Shown one piece after another: positions 1 to 13,835 of a stretch of DNA of 64,000 nucleotides (position 1 is the first letter of the stretch; each line of letters opens with the position of its first letter). Source of the DNA: Octopus vulgaris (Eukaryota). Location of the stretch: positions 155,868,001-155,932,000 of the forward strand of contig OX597815.1 in NCBI GenBank assembly GCA_951406725.2, written 5' to 3'. Position numbers and translations under genes: made by a program. The notes beneath the pieces are model-generated. The model was not told the origin of the DNA. It worked only from the letters and a program-made list of their open reading frames with translations, and made no database searches.

Positions 1-409
1 ATAGTTCAAGAGTGTTGGATGTTCTAATTCAAACTCTCTTTCATTGTAGAAAGCAATGAAAATGTCGTGAATTTATGCAACTTCTCTTGAGTGGGCTAGT
101 ACAAAGCACCATCCATGACTCTCGGGTAAAATGTGTTGGTGATGTGCCGCTCAGAATGCAGTGCTCGGCGTTTTATACCACAATCACTAGACATCCACTA
201 CTAAAGTACACAATACATAATTATGAACACCACTAGGTATATATATTAAAATATATACGTAATTCTTATACAAATATAATATGTATACATATATATACAT
301 ATATGTGTGAGTGCATGCGTGTTTGTGAGAATGCATGAGTACTCCCTATTACTTGCTCAGTATATATGTACATAAAAACATATATTCACGTTTACCGTGT
401 ACATCCGGT

Positions 410-527
410 GTCTTTGCCTGTAGTAAGAAGCAACTAAAAGGATGAATATGAAGAAGGGCATCCGGCTATGAAGCACTGCTTCAAAAATTCCTGTCCAACT
501 CATGTCAGTATAGAAAAGCAGACATAA
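410..527 (+). mobile_element. Decayed RTE-type retroposon 3' tail
   Basis: AAGGGCATCCGGCT...GTCCAACTCATGTCAGTATAGAAAAGCAGAC resembles the cleaner copy at 57290-57410. Confidence 0.4.
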
Positions 528-3500
528 TATCCATAATGATAATATATACACAGCATAAAGTAAATATACAGGTGTGTGTGTGTGTGTCTGTAATATGTAT
601 ATATTTATAATATTTATATTTCTTTCAAACACACACACACACACACACATTTATGTACCCATACGTGATTGTGCGTGGCTAAGAATTTCCCCTTGCAAAT
701 ATCAGCTTCCGGATTGCATTCAGCTGCGCAGCACCTATTACACCTGTTTTCTAAAATAGACTAGGATTGAGTGGAATTCAGCAGACCGAATCGAAGCTAT
801 GCAGGAGCCCGGGGTAATGGAATTGTGCCGAAAGACGAGACATGGAAGAACAAGAATTCTCCTCCTCACTGGCATGTTTGTCACGGCTGGAGTCGAGATT
901 ACATTAAAAGACATGCATGCTTGCCCGAGGTGCCATGCTCTGGAATCTGACTCGGAATTACATCGTCGTGAAAAGAACGGTTTAACCATACAGCTATAGC
1001 GATTTAGAAGCCTTTTCTATTGACGAATAATAAATTTGACATGGATGTGATATAGTAGCAATAATAAAACCGGACGTGGAATTTATATAGTGGTTAGATG
1101 TCAATGTTATCGGTTGCATTCAAATAAATAATGGTTCCTATACAAACATATTTAAACTGCTCATCAATAATATAATACAATAGAAATATAATTCAAACGT
1201 TCTTCTGTAGCTGAAATTATGTGCAGAATCTAAGAGCTTTCTTTATATCTGAGCGTTTTAATAACTCTACAATGGAAATTTAAAGGAGATACAGCGAAGA
1301 AACACGAGACCCTGTTTTAAGAAATGGATAAATTTTGTAATAACTTGCTGACTTCAGAACACATCATGTGTACAAACTGGAGAACCAGAATCAACAGAAG
1401 CCGATCACTCAGTTATAAATGTTTCTGTTTTACAAAAATCAAACAATTGAATATATCACTTGTGCAAGATGAGTATATATCGATTGGATTATCGATTAAG
1501 TGATTGATTTGCTATTGCATTGAAAACAATATAGCAGAAATATAATGGGTAACCGAATACGAAATCTTTTATTTTCTTTCAAAATGCAACTTTATCTGCA
1601 TTTATTGAAATATTTCCTTTTATTTGATGACGACAAATAAGTAGGTATAAATTCTAAGGATAACACGATAAACAGATAAATATATTTTATATGAAATATA
1701 TATAATTTTCAAAATCTATTTTGTATGCAAGATATGAAATAATTATTAAGTCTGAAAAGCCTCTGTAACATAAACGTTTTTGGAAATCTTAAAAAAATAT
1801 CTAATCCAAGTATATAAATAGCTTGAAGGGAAAAGATCTGCATTAAGAAACAATTTACACTTTAACAGAATGAAACCAATTATCAACGAATAAAAATACG
1901 CCATGAGAGACTCGCTGAGTATTGATTTAGAATTTCTTTTCAAAAGATAAAGTTTTGAATTTGTGATACAATTGAAGATAATTAATATTTGGTAAATGTT
2001 GGAAAAAGGAAAGTTTTTCAAAAGAAGGAAAAAGCATTCCGGTTGTATAAACTCATTAAAAGTAAAAGATAAACAGAAACATTTTCTATATCAAAGGCTG
2101 TGGAAAATGTAACATGAAGTAGGAATGATGTGATTTTGCAAGAGTGAAACGTTTTAGTGGTAGCTCTTCGTAAGATTTTCAATGTAAATCTCTCATATAA
2201 ATATTTTAAATGATCAAGAGACGAGAAACATGGGTATAAAAGACAGTTTATAACATTATCAAAAGAATTTATAAAATACATCATACAGTTCTCTTTTTAA
2301 TGTTATCTGGGTACAGAAACCACTTAAGTGCTATTACTTGACATTGATTTCCTGATGTAGAAATCCATATAGTAAACTAACAAATTTATGAGTCGGTTAG
2401 TTTTAAAAGCCATTTTTACCCGTTCTTATAATCTAAATTATATCAAAACTTCTGTCATGCAGTCGTATGACTGACGACACAGTTTAGTGTCCCAGCTACC
2501 TTGCATTAACATCTTACTGGAAAGAAAATTATTTTCTCTTTAGACGGTTTTCAAGTAGAGCTTAAGACCCTTCAGGCGGTCAGTTGATTTGTTAGAAATT
2601 GTAAGCAATTCTTCCATAAAGCACATTCCTACTGCGATAGAAAAACATTAGACATGTTGGGTAATGAAGAACGCAGTATGTATGAATGGGTGGTCATAGT
2701 CGGATCGTATTAGTCATATGTCTGTTTGATCAAGGCTGAAGAAGGAGAAATTAAGACGAAAGAAAAGAATTTACTTTAGACTTGAAAGAATTCAAATCAT
2801 ACGAAAGAAGAAAATGAAATGGAAGAGAGTTCTGAAGTCTGGCAATTCGAGAGAAAAAGCTGTGACCATAGAAAGACTTCCTTGTTCGTAGAAGCGCATT
2901 TGGATGAAATTGTGTTTCGAATCAGGCGAGATGATACAAAATGATCTAGAAGTAAGAAAGAGGAAGTTTATCAAAGCACTTCCTCGAAAAGAATAAGATA
3001 CGTCGATGTGACAAAGGTTATAGCGATGTGACAAAGGTTATAGAGTTGAAGCAAGAGAGGGACCAATAAAATTAGAGTCCCGCTTCTGAACCCGTTTGAG
3101 GAGATCCAAGTGACAAGATAGTGCACCTCCCCAAATATGACTACAATATCACATGCAAAGACGAATTGTGGACTTGTAAAGATACAAAATAGCCCCAGAT
3201 GTGAAGTAGTCATTTGACCTATCTAGTGATACAACCTTACGAGAAGCAGACCAACTGACTGTATGTAAGAGCCCCAAGAAAGACAAAGTGAGAAAGTAAG
3301 ACCAGGAGTTTGAAGGAAGATTTCTCCTCTTGTGGTTTGTCTGCCTTACTTTGTGATACCTAAGACCTACAACTCATGAAAATAGAAGGAAGATAGGAAT
3401 CCCGCTTCCTACTGAAAGTTATGAATTTGGTACTGCCAGGGTCGAAAGTTAGTAGTCACTTATCACCTCATTTCGTAACAGCCTGCAAATCTACCTCAAA

Positions 3501-4827
3501 GTTAGCAGCAAATTCCAACCATTTCAAGAGAGAGAGAGAGAGAGAGAGAGACTGCCAGAACAACCGAAATAAAGAGTAGCATCCTCAGCATAAACATTGA
3601 CAACTTGAAAAACCTTGACAAGAAGATCGTTGATGTAACGGAGAAATAGAGTTGAACCAAGAATAAAGCTTGAGGAACATGGGCATTGATAGAATACTCA
3701 TACGAATAACGCCACCCAAAGTCACACCCACACAACGACCAGAAATTCATGATCTGATAAGGTTAACGATGTTTCCACATACACAACAGGCAGAGAGCTC
3801 ATAGAGAAAAGCAGCATGCCAAGCCCTATCAAAGGCTTCGGATATATCAAGTCACCCTCTCCTGATTTTTCCATAAATCGGTAGATGCGTTCAGTAATAA
3901 CAGTCAGAAGAAGGAGAGCCATGAACACCATACTGAACATCAACAAGGAATATCAAACTTTCAAGAAGCTCAAACAACCTGTTGTTGACGAACTTTCAAA
4001 GATCATTAATTCATGTCTCATTTCAAATAGATTAGGATTAGGGCTAAGAAATTAGGATTGAGAGATTAGGAGTAAGTTGGAATTCCATTTTCTTAAATAA
4101 ATGTGATTCAATGTTTATTTCTTTTTCAAGATAAGCATTCTTTTGCTGAAAAACCTCAACACTTTAATCATCTTCCGGCTGGGAAACTTAACGGTACATA
4201 TGTGTTTTAACTGGCCAACATGACTTTACCACGATGTAATTGTGTACACAAGTACACATACACAAGCATCCATGTATATACGTATGTGTGTATGTGTTAT
4301 GTCGCACGTTCGGATGACCTCTACTCGACTCTGCTCTACTGCTACTCCACTGTGCTAGTCTACTCCTTTTATATCTACGTAATGGGCTAGTCTACTTCAT
4401 CGTCTGGGGGCGTCAACACAACAGTATGTATATATGTGTGTAACGCTGACGAAGGCTTTAAATTCGGCTTTTACAAACAGTATTGAAAGTGAAAAACTTA
4501 CATTGCGAGCTAATTGGAATAAGCTGCCGGGGTCTGATGTCGAGAGACCCGAAACTAGTAAAGCTACAAAAATATTGCTGATGATGCATCCCAGAGAATC
4601 CATGAGATGCATTTGGAAAAAAGCCGTTTAATTTAGGTGGGTTAAGTTAGATAATTGACGATGAAGAAGATTGATAGACGATAGAAGACTGAACTGGGTA
4701 AAAAGGCGGAAATGACAATAGCGACTAAGGGGGTCGAAAGAAGAAGTTAGTGAATCAAATTAGAAATGGTTTAAATAAATGTGTCCGTATGCGGCCAATA
4801 TGAGGCAGCGTAAGTAATTTTTGTCCT

Positions 4828-4947
4828 TAAAATATTGTAATTTAAATATGTAATTTAAATTTGTATAACTAAATTATCCTAAATATTGTATTTTAAATTT
4901 CTATAACTAAATTATACTAAATATTGTAATTTAAATTTGTATAACTA
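4828..4947. repeat. AT-rich minisatellite, ~38-bp unit, ~3 copies
   Basis: Repeated TAAATATTGTAATTTAAATTTGTATAACTAAATTAT. Confidence 0.75.
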
Positions 4948-6259
4948 TTTTGCCTTTTGTTTGCTTTGCAAGATTCTTGATGTGAATTCGTGCGTTGAAA
5001 CATATTTTATTGTATCACGGAAGGGTCAATATACCAGTAATACGCACACATACTGCTTCTTTTTCACTCGGTTAACTATTTAACCAATTAACTAATCGTT
5101 CGGTCAATCAATAACGTCCTTTCATTGCCGTTCACGACAGACATGGAGCAGTAACGGCATGATATTGATGACGTCATTGGCATACTGACCATTCAGAAAT
5201 ACAGCAAAACTATATATCTATCTATAATAAATCAGTATATCTATAATTAACAATTCAATATTCAATAACAAAATGCTTTGTTATTGAATATCGTATAACC
5301 AGCTGTGTTTTTTGCTTAAGTTTAAACTTAATACCTAGTTATAATAATATGTATTTACTATGTTCTTTAAACCATAAGTGTATATGTTGTCATTCGGCAG
5401 TATTGGTAGTTGTGTATGCAGGGTCTTTTTAGGGCATTTAACAACGTTGATGAACAAAACTAATTACTGAGGTTCAAAATATTTTATACTCTATAGTGAA
5501 ATGAGTGAAACAATTGGTCGATTAAGTGTGCTCTAAGCTAGGCTGTCGTATGTTTAAGCCCACTTAAAACATTTTACGTCCAAGCAAATGCAGATATAAA
5601 CCTTATGTATACGTGCATTTCATTTTGAAATATCTTAGAGTTTAAGAGTCACTGAACTTCTAAGAAAATCTAGCTATGGGAAGCTAGCGATAACTAGTTG
5701 CCGAAGCAATAGAAACAAGCATACAATGCAAAATTCTTATAGGCATGTGTAGGATAACAATTCCCCTTCAATGATGCAACTAGTAACAGCGGCTATAATT
5801 TTGCAACAGTCACACATTTAGAGTTTTTCCATAAACAAAAGCCTAACTTTCGTTTGAACTTAGAGACATAAAACACATGGCAATAAGGTATACAGAGCAG
5901 TTAAATTGTTATTCAGAAACAATTTTGGATTTCATAGTTTAACGACATAAAAATTACTTATCTCCAATACATACCTAATCCGCAATAGACGCGCGCGCGT
6001 GCACTCAAACTCTTTCACAAACTCACATACACAATATCCAGCTTTCCTGTGTTTTTGATTCAGTGTCTTCCTATTTGAATTCTCTTTCATCTTCGAACTA
6101 CATACCTACATTAGCCTTCTTACAAATTATTTAACTACTCCCGTCTCAAATAGTCTCTCTGTGTATAACTATCTATCTATCTATCTACACACATACACAT
6201 CATACTTAAAAATACCCACGTATACATACATAACTATATATATATATATATATATATAA

Positions 6260-6294
<35 letters not shown>

Positions 6295-6316
6295 TATAAT
6301 ATATATATATATATAC

Positions 6317-6960
<644 letters not shown>

Positions 6961-7544
6961 ATATATATATATATATATATATATATACAAACATACACAC
7001 ATATACATACACTGATATATTGGGCATGCACACATACATACACGCGCGCACGCGCGTGCGCACACACACACACACATTCACACATGCTAACAAATTACAC
7101 TAAGCTGACCAAATCCTGACTTCTAGTTCACTGAATAAGCAATATTTTTACCGCATGATTCTCCACTGTCGAATTTATCAATAAAGTATTGCTTTATCAC
7201 TCCATCTCTTCATAAATATAATATTAAAATGTATTTATTGATATAATATTAAAATAAGACGAATTTCAAAACTGGTTATTTTCTGTGGTATGAAAATTTG
7301 TCAGTACAATGTTCGTGGGATTGATGTTTATTTGGCTTGAGGAATGCGGAAAAATACTATTTAATCTTTTCTCTGGGAGTGAGAAAAACAGGGCTAAATG
7401 GATTGATTTGGCTGGGAAGGAAATCAGAAAACAAGACGGGATTAGAAGATGAGAAGATAAGGTTTCGCCTTCGCTAATCATGAGATTGAAATTATTGTAA
7501 TTTCGTATCTTCCTAAGAAGACTTTATTCTTTTTTACATCTTTA

Positions 7545-7925
7545 TATGTTTCAGTCATTAGACTGTGGTCATGCTTGGCCACCGCCTTGACGAATTTTTA
7601 GTCGAATAAATTTATCCCGGTACTTTTTTTGTTAAGCCAGGTATTTATCCTATCGGTCTCTTTTGTCGAACCGGTAAGTTTTATGGGGACGTAAACACAC
7701 CAGCACCGGTTATCAAGCGGTAGGTGGGGGACGAACACAGACTCAGATACGCACACATACGATGTGCTTCTTTCAGTTTTCGTCAACCATATCCACCCAC
7801 AAAGCCTTGGTTGGCCCAGAGCTATTGTAAAAAAAACACCTATCCAAGATCCAACGCAGAGGGACTGAACCCAGAACCATGTGATTGGGAATTAAGCTTC
7901 TTACCTCACAGCCAAACCTGCGCCT
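7545..7925 (-). mobile_element. SINE family A
   Basis: Colinear with 6317-6728 but more diverged. Confidence 0.8.
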
Positions 7926-8588
7926 TGAAGACCAGGATGAAGATCGAGAAAATATTATATATATATGCATACACAAATATATATAAACATGTATGTGTGT
8001 GTGTGTGTATGTGTGTGTGTGTGTGTATGTGTGTATGTGTGTGTGTGTTTTATATGGAAGTTTCGCTTCGAGCTGGGTTATCCAGGGCTGCCGTGAGCAG
8101 CCCAACCAAGGTAAAGTTCTAAAAAAACTATCAACTTTTGGAGTAATAAACATATCTATCCACTTTATCTAATGTATTGAGTTCAATCGCAGATAACGTT
8201 TGCACTACGTACAATATATGTTTAATACACTTACCAAATCTTACAGTATATATACATAAGTATACCCGTGTTATCAAAAAACGACAGTATTTTAAAAGAA
8301 ATAAGGTAAAACTGGTATTTCATAAATATATCATCCTAACATGCATTCCATGAACTTGTAGAAAAAGATTATTACATTTTTTATTGAAGGTATTAAATCC
8401 ACAGAGAATTAAATATGAAGGAAAGATTTATGCAAAGTGTTCTAAACTTTTGCTGAGGTTAAAAACTTATGTAACTGTTCAAGATTTCTCCAATTTTTAT
8501 TCCAATTCTTATTTTAATAGATTAAAGATGAGCTTATGCTGTCAAAAATGACAGCGATTCACATGTATATTAAAAAGTTATTCAGTTA

Positions 8589-9105
8589 CAATAACCCTTA
8601 GTCATATCACGGTTCATCTATCGCGAACTCAGCACATCGAGGTTCACCTATCGCGCACTCAGTACGTCGCGGATTTTTCTGTCTAATATATGTAAATTTA
8701 TATCGTGGACTCCTCAGTATATTGCGGGCTTCTACGGTCGATATGTATTTATATTTTTTTTAGATTTTAATTATTTCTGTGGGAAAATAAGCATTTTCAA
8801 GCCTAAAATTTAATAAATTAATAAATAAAACTATAGTACAGTACTGCACTGTATAACATTAATTTAAATATACTAAAAGAAAATACGTAATGTACCATAG
8901 ATGAATAAACAAAGAATCGTACATACTGTATGGAAAACGAAACTCGAAGTGTAAGTGTGTGGTGTTGTTTTGCATTTATAATAGAATAAATATATACAAA
9001 TTATAAAAATGATAGAAAATATATACAGTGCAGTACTGTTTCTACTTCGCAGATTTTCACATATCGCGGGAGGTTTTGGAACGGGATACCCGCGAGGGAT
9101 TATTG
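8589..9105. mobile_element. Tigger/pogo-type MITE (Tc1/mariner superfamily)
   Basis: Imperfect TIRs CAATAACCCTT / GAGGGATTATTG flanked by TA on both sides, with internal TATCGCG repeats typical of Tigger ends. Confidence 0.7.
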
Positions 9106-9331
9106 TATTCATATTCACGTCTTCTAAAGAATGCATAAAAAGTCTATAGAGCTTTCTGCCAATAATGTAGTTACATTATTTCTTATATGAGTTAGATCGC
9201 TCACGAAATCTCTTGAGAATGTTCGTCCCTAAAGGAAATTGAACGCCTGGCCTTCTTCGCTAATTCTATCACTAAACTACACGATAGAGAACTGCGTGTA
9301 AAATGAATATGAATTAATAAGTTTGCGGGAG

Positions 9332-9395
<64 letters not shown>

Positions 9396-9544
9396 GAGGT
9401 CGACAAATTCAAGTATTTGGGCATCGTTGTTGTGATATGTGACCAAAGAGCGGCGGACTTCAAACTTGACATAGAAAAATCCCTCTGATGTCATTTAACG
9501 CAATATGGAGATACTACGTCTTCAGCAAAGGCATCATACTAGTT

Positions 9545-9712
9545 ATAAACTTTAGCAATAGGCCAGCAATTTCAGGGTAGAGACAAATCGATAAAAAAAG
9601 ACCTCCAAAAAGACAAAAGGCAAAGTCAACCTCGGCGGAATTTGAATTCAGAACGTAAAGACAGACGAAACATTTTGCCCTGCGTGCCAAGTGCTATGCC
9701 AGCTTGCCGCCT
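9545..9712 (-). mobile_element. SINE family B (Meta-domain-like), partial
   Basis: GGCAAAGTCAACCTCGGCGGAATTTGAATTCAGAACG...GCCAGCTTGCCGCC is shared with the other B copies. Confidence 0.75.
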
Positions 9713-9734
9713 CAGCAAAGGCCCCATATTGAAA

Positions 9735-10110
9735 AGTTATAAAAACCTTGGACTGGCTGGTAGCGCTGTATGCGTATGAAGCATGGAGCCTAAAGGGGTT
9801 GACATCAAACTTCTGAAGAAGTTCCAAATCTCTGGTTATAAGCGGGAGCTACGGACCACATGGGGTGGCTTGTAAAAGGAACGATTCATTTCTGGAGAGG
9901 ATAAGAGTGGAACGAATCATGATCACGTAGCGAAAACTGCAATATTTTGGGCATCCTTACGTACCGTGTGGATGGTAAACAAGCCAGTGAAGAACAAAGA
10001 CGAAGACAGAGCGATGAAATCCCTTTAGATGAAGAAGACCACAATAGACTGAACAACTGCAGCACGAGGAAAGGAAAAAATAGCTGTGTCTGCCGCTACC
10101 GCTTCCGCCC
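9735..10110 (+). pseudogene. RTE-clade LINE ORF C-terminal remnant
   Basis: Frameshifted translation VALYAYEAWSLK...RKLQYFGH...VDGKQASEEQRRRQSDEI matches the RTE C-terminal pattern YGCEsW...RKLxYFGH...GKRxRGRQRRRWxD. Confidence 0.7.
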
Positions 10111-10494
10111 ATCAGTCATGTGGATGGGCGCACTCATTGATATACACTGCGTCCCACACTGTCAGGCAAATCAACCTTCTCTCAATAAATAAATGTATAT
10201 TCGTTCAAAACCAGTTGTTTTCCCACTGACTGTTGGTAACACCTATCTGCGCGCATTCTGTTAAAATAAATCGGTTCTGAGCAGATACCAAAAATGGCGC
10301 CCACTTTTGTGATTATGTAACATTTTCACCGTCACAAATTATTTGGCACGTATAATAAAAATGATAATTGTGTCGGAAGAAATATTTATTCAATTCAACA
10401 GTAAAGGTTTAACAAAAGAATTATTCATAAAGGACTTAATGGTAATAATACGTTTGAAAGAAAATAATCATAGGATTATGATATCGTACAGCTC

Positions 10495-10930
10495 CTAATG
10501 TTTGTTGTATGATCCTCTACATGCAATCACCTTCCTTACGCGCTGATCCATTGAATTTGTCAAGGTGATGATATCTTCTTGTGTCATACTTTGAGCAGCG
10601 TATACAATAGCATCCCAGAAGGTAATTTTATTTGAAAACTACCTTCTATTTTGGTAAACGCGCCTCTTCAGTACTAGCGCAGCTAGGGGTGGGTGGGGGT
10701 ACGGTAGGGGCGGGCTGCTCCGAGCGGCACTTTTCATGCTGTTTTAGGCTATTGGTGTGGGCAATATGTGTTCTTTGTGGGATCCGGGCAGACGGAAGGG
10801 TCGCACAGACTCTAGTTACTCTAGTGCTCCACAGATTCTCGATCGGATTTAAGTCAGGGGGACAAGGTGACCACTCCATCAAACGACCTCCAAAGAAGCC
10901 TATTTGCTGCAAGCATTACTTAGAATTCCT
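10495..10930 (-). pseudogene. Tc1-family transposase C-terminal remnant, interrupted
   Basis: MEWSPCPPDLNPIENLWS[insert]ILKRRVYQNRR*FSNKITFWDAIVYAAQSMTQEDIITLTNSMDQRVRKVIACRGSYNKH* matches the Tc1 SPDLNPIENLW motif and C-terminus. Confidence 0.85.
10674..10824. mobile_element. 151-bp GC-rich MITE-like insertion within the Tc1 remnant
   Basis: Ends CTAGCGCAGCTAG / CTAGTTACTCTAG are imperfect inverted repeats, and the insert interrupts the transposase frame. Confidence 0.75.
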
Positions 10931-11132
10931 TAGAATATTATTATCAGACAATAGATGACTAAATTACAATAGGTATATAGCCCATTGTTTGTATCATAGT
11001 GCATTGTCGTACCATTCAAAGCTCTTTATTCTTTACAAGCAGCACACTATGCTGCTTCAGGTGAACTACAATACTCTCCTATATATATATAGCGATACCT
11101 AAACTCACTCAAGATATCTCTAGTGAGGCTTT

Positions 11133-11189
11133 TTATTGATGTACCTGAAGAGACCCACAACGGGTCGAAATATGTGTTGTATCCAATAA
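11133..11189 (+). ncRNA. Minimal type-I hammerhead ribozyme motif (Penelope-like)
   Basis: TTATTGATGTAC-CTGAAGA-GACCC(ACAAC)GGGTC-GAAA-TATGTG-TT-GTATCCAATAA gives the core, a 5-bp stem II and stem I. It lies in a segment between TA runs. Confidence 0.65.
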
Positions 11190-11219
11190 GGTCTATTACA
11201 CATTCAGTCTCCCATTTTA

Positions 11220-11252
<33 letters not shown>

Positions 11253-11255
<3 letters not shown>

Positions 11256-11760
11256 TAACAGAGGTCACAAAAGTGACGGTGGGTATTCATTAGCACCGCT
11301 TATGTTAAAATAAGAGTTAGATTAACTCCAAATCCACTAAAGTACTCTACTTAATGACTGACTTTTGTGACCTCTATTAATTTTGCCTTTAGGTTCTTAT
11401 TATTAATAAGCTACCCTTTTAATTTGTTGTTTACACTTTCACTGTTTTGAAAATCAGTACATGTTTTCAACAGCTTTTCTCATAAGACTGAGAAAGGAAG
11501 TTGAGTTTAATCCTAGGCGTTAAGAACCGGTGATGAGACTTAAGGTGTCTACACCAAAATTCGAGATCGTGATACAGCTATATAAGCTAGGGACTTACCT
11601 CCCTTTGTCAGTCATTAAGTATAGGAGTGTAGAGGCCTTGGAGTTTATTTAACTCTTATTGTAGCCTAGGCAGTGCTAGTCAGTACCATGTGTTACTTTC
11701 GTGACTACTATTAATTTTGCCTTTAGGTTCTGATTGCTACTAAGCCACTTTTTTAATCTA
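11253..11760. mobile_element. Penelope-like terminal fragment with inverted and direct partial repeats
   Basis: 11253-11360 is a diverged reverse complement of ~11608-11712. CTTTTGTGACCTCTATTAATTTTGCCTTTAGGTTCT is directly repeated at ~11361 and ~11696. It starts at a (TA)n tract. Confidence 0.55.
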
Positions 11761-11791
11761 CACACTCACACAATATATATATATATATAAT

Positions 11792-12212
11792 AGACGCAGG
11801 AATGACTGTGTGGTCAAGAACTTGCTTCCCAGCCACGTAGCTCCAAGTTTAGTCCCACTGCGCTGCACCTTAGGCAAATATCTTCTACTCTAGCCTCGGG
11901 TCGACCAAAGACTTGTGAGTGAATTTGGTAGAAAGAAACTCAAAGAAATTCGTCGTACAAGCGCAGACACACAAGCATACATGCATAGATATATATGCAT
12001 ATATTTATGTTTGTGTGTCATTGAGCCTGTGTTTGTGCTCCACCACTGCTTGGTAACCGGTGTTAGTGTGTTTATGTCCTCGCGTTTTAGCGGTTCGGCA
12101 AGAGAGACCGATTGAATAAGATCTTAAAAAGGTAAATCCTGGGGTCTTAAACCTTACAAGGTGGTGTTCCAGCACGGCCACAGTCAATGACTGAAACAAG
12201 TAAAAAATAAAA
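11792..12212 (+). mobile_element. SINE family A
   Basis: Head GACGCAGGAATGACTGTGTGG through tail GACTGAAACAAGTAAAA. Confidence 0.8.
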
Positions 12213-12221
12213 GATATATAA

Positions 12222-12275
<54 letters not shown>

Positions 12276-12858
12276 TGTGTTGCTGTGAGTAAAAGTAAAG
12301 TGACAGAGATGTAGGCGTGTGTGTGCTTGTGTATATGCATACATCCGCATCTCTAAATAATGATATACGATGATGACTACATGTCTGATTTCATCCATAC
12401 TTCACATGTACTTAACATGTATTGGCCTTTGTCTTTCAAATCAATTCTTATTGTTAATGTACACATATCAAGGGAATTGTACTTGTACACATTGTCAATA
12501 ATTCATCAGGTGTTTGAGGGTGTGTATTTGATTAAATACTTTGATTTATAACACTATAAAATAAACAAACAGATATTGTGTTCTGTTCAATGTTTACTGG
12601 CTGAACTAGATTTTACTTAGTCACCCTAGATCTATAGATATAGATAAATCTTAATAATCTATTTGAAAGTGTGGCTAATGTTGTTTAAACCAGTAATCTA
12701 ACCAATCTACTGTGACACGTGTAATGGGCTATTCTTCTTTTATGTATACAGTTCCGTAATTCTCTTTCTGTGTTTGTGTATGTGTGTGTATGTGTGTATG
12801 TGTTGAAACGGCCTTAATACACTAATACCATGGCATCCTTGTTACACACACACACATA

Positions 12859-12900
<42 letters not shown>

Positions 12901-12939
12901 AACATACATATATATTTGCGTGTTTGTACATATATATGA

Positions 12940-13022
<83 letters not shown>

Positions 13023-13305
13023 ATTTCAACAATTGAGGGTAAAATTAATTAATTAATCAATTTCACCAAGTATTCAGTATGCAAAGGGACCATTTAAGGC
13101 GAATTCAAATTATTACATTATATAAAAGGGCTTAGTAAAATAAATTACTTTGCCGCATACTGAACTCATTAGAAATAGCAGCTAAAAAACTTTTTTAAAA
13201 CTATTTCCAATACTTAAAGAAAATCTCTCTCGTATAGTGTTTGCTCAATTCAACTCACGAAAGTATGAGGGTAGAAACATTAAAAAATCAAATGCAAAGG
13301 TTATT

Positions 13306-13358
13306 TGAGAACGTACGTTTCAAGATTAGTCACAAACGACACTTCTATCATCAGCTCA
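13306..13358 (-). ncRNA. Hammerhead motif (mirror copy)
   Basis: Reverse complement of 13783-13835. Confidence 0.55.
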
Positions 13359-13782
13359 GAACTCCCTGGTTTGGATTTGAAAACACTGAAAGTAGGAGCA
13401 TACCTTTTCGGCTTCCCATCGCCTCTGAAGATCTACTCGAAACTAACAGTGCCAGCAAATTCAAACATGCAAGCGAAGAATTTCTGCTCTCCCCCTTCCA
13501 CCAGCGTGGGTTAAAATCAGCAAACAACATGCTTTTTTTCGGTAAAATCCGAGGCATTAAATTATAATTCATCTCTCTCTATTTAATGCCTCGGATTTTA
13601 CCGAAAAAAGCATGTTGTTTGCTGATTTTAACCCACGCTGGTGGAAGGGGAGAGCAGAAATTCTTCGCTTGCATGTTTGAATTTGCTGGCACTGTTAGTT
13701 TCGAGTAGATCTTCAGAGGCGATGGGAAGCCGAAAAGGTATGCTCCTACTTTCAGTGTTTTCAAATCCAAACCAGGGAGTTC

Positions 13783-13835
13783 TGAGCTGATGATAGAAGT
13801 GTCGTTTGTGACTAATCTTGAAACGTACGTTCTCA
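13783..13835 (+). ncRNA. Minimal type-I hammerhead ribozyme motif
   Basis: TGAG-CTGATGA-TAGA...TCTT-GAAA-CGTACG-TT-CTCA, with stem I TGAG/CTCA, palindromic stem III ACGTACGT and a GUU site. The stem II closing pair is non-canonical (U.U). Confidence 0.55.

Noticed and set aside
1130-2300. Possible decayed transposase or gene
   Set aside because: No sustained reading frame or recognisable motif.
2790-3980. Decayed LINE ORF1/gag-like region (purine-rich, EGRFLLLWFVC)
   Set aside because: Too many stops and no complete zinc-knuckle motif to support a call.
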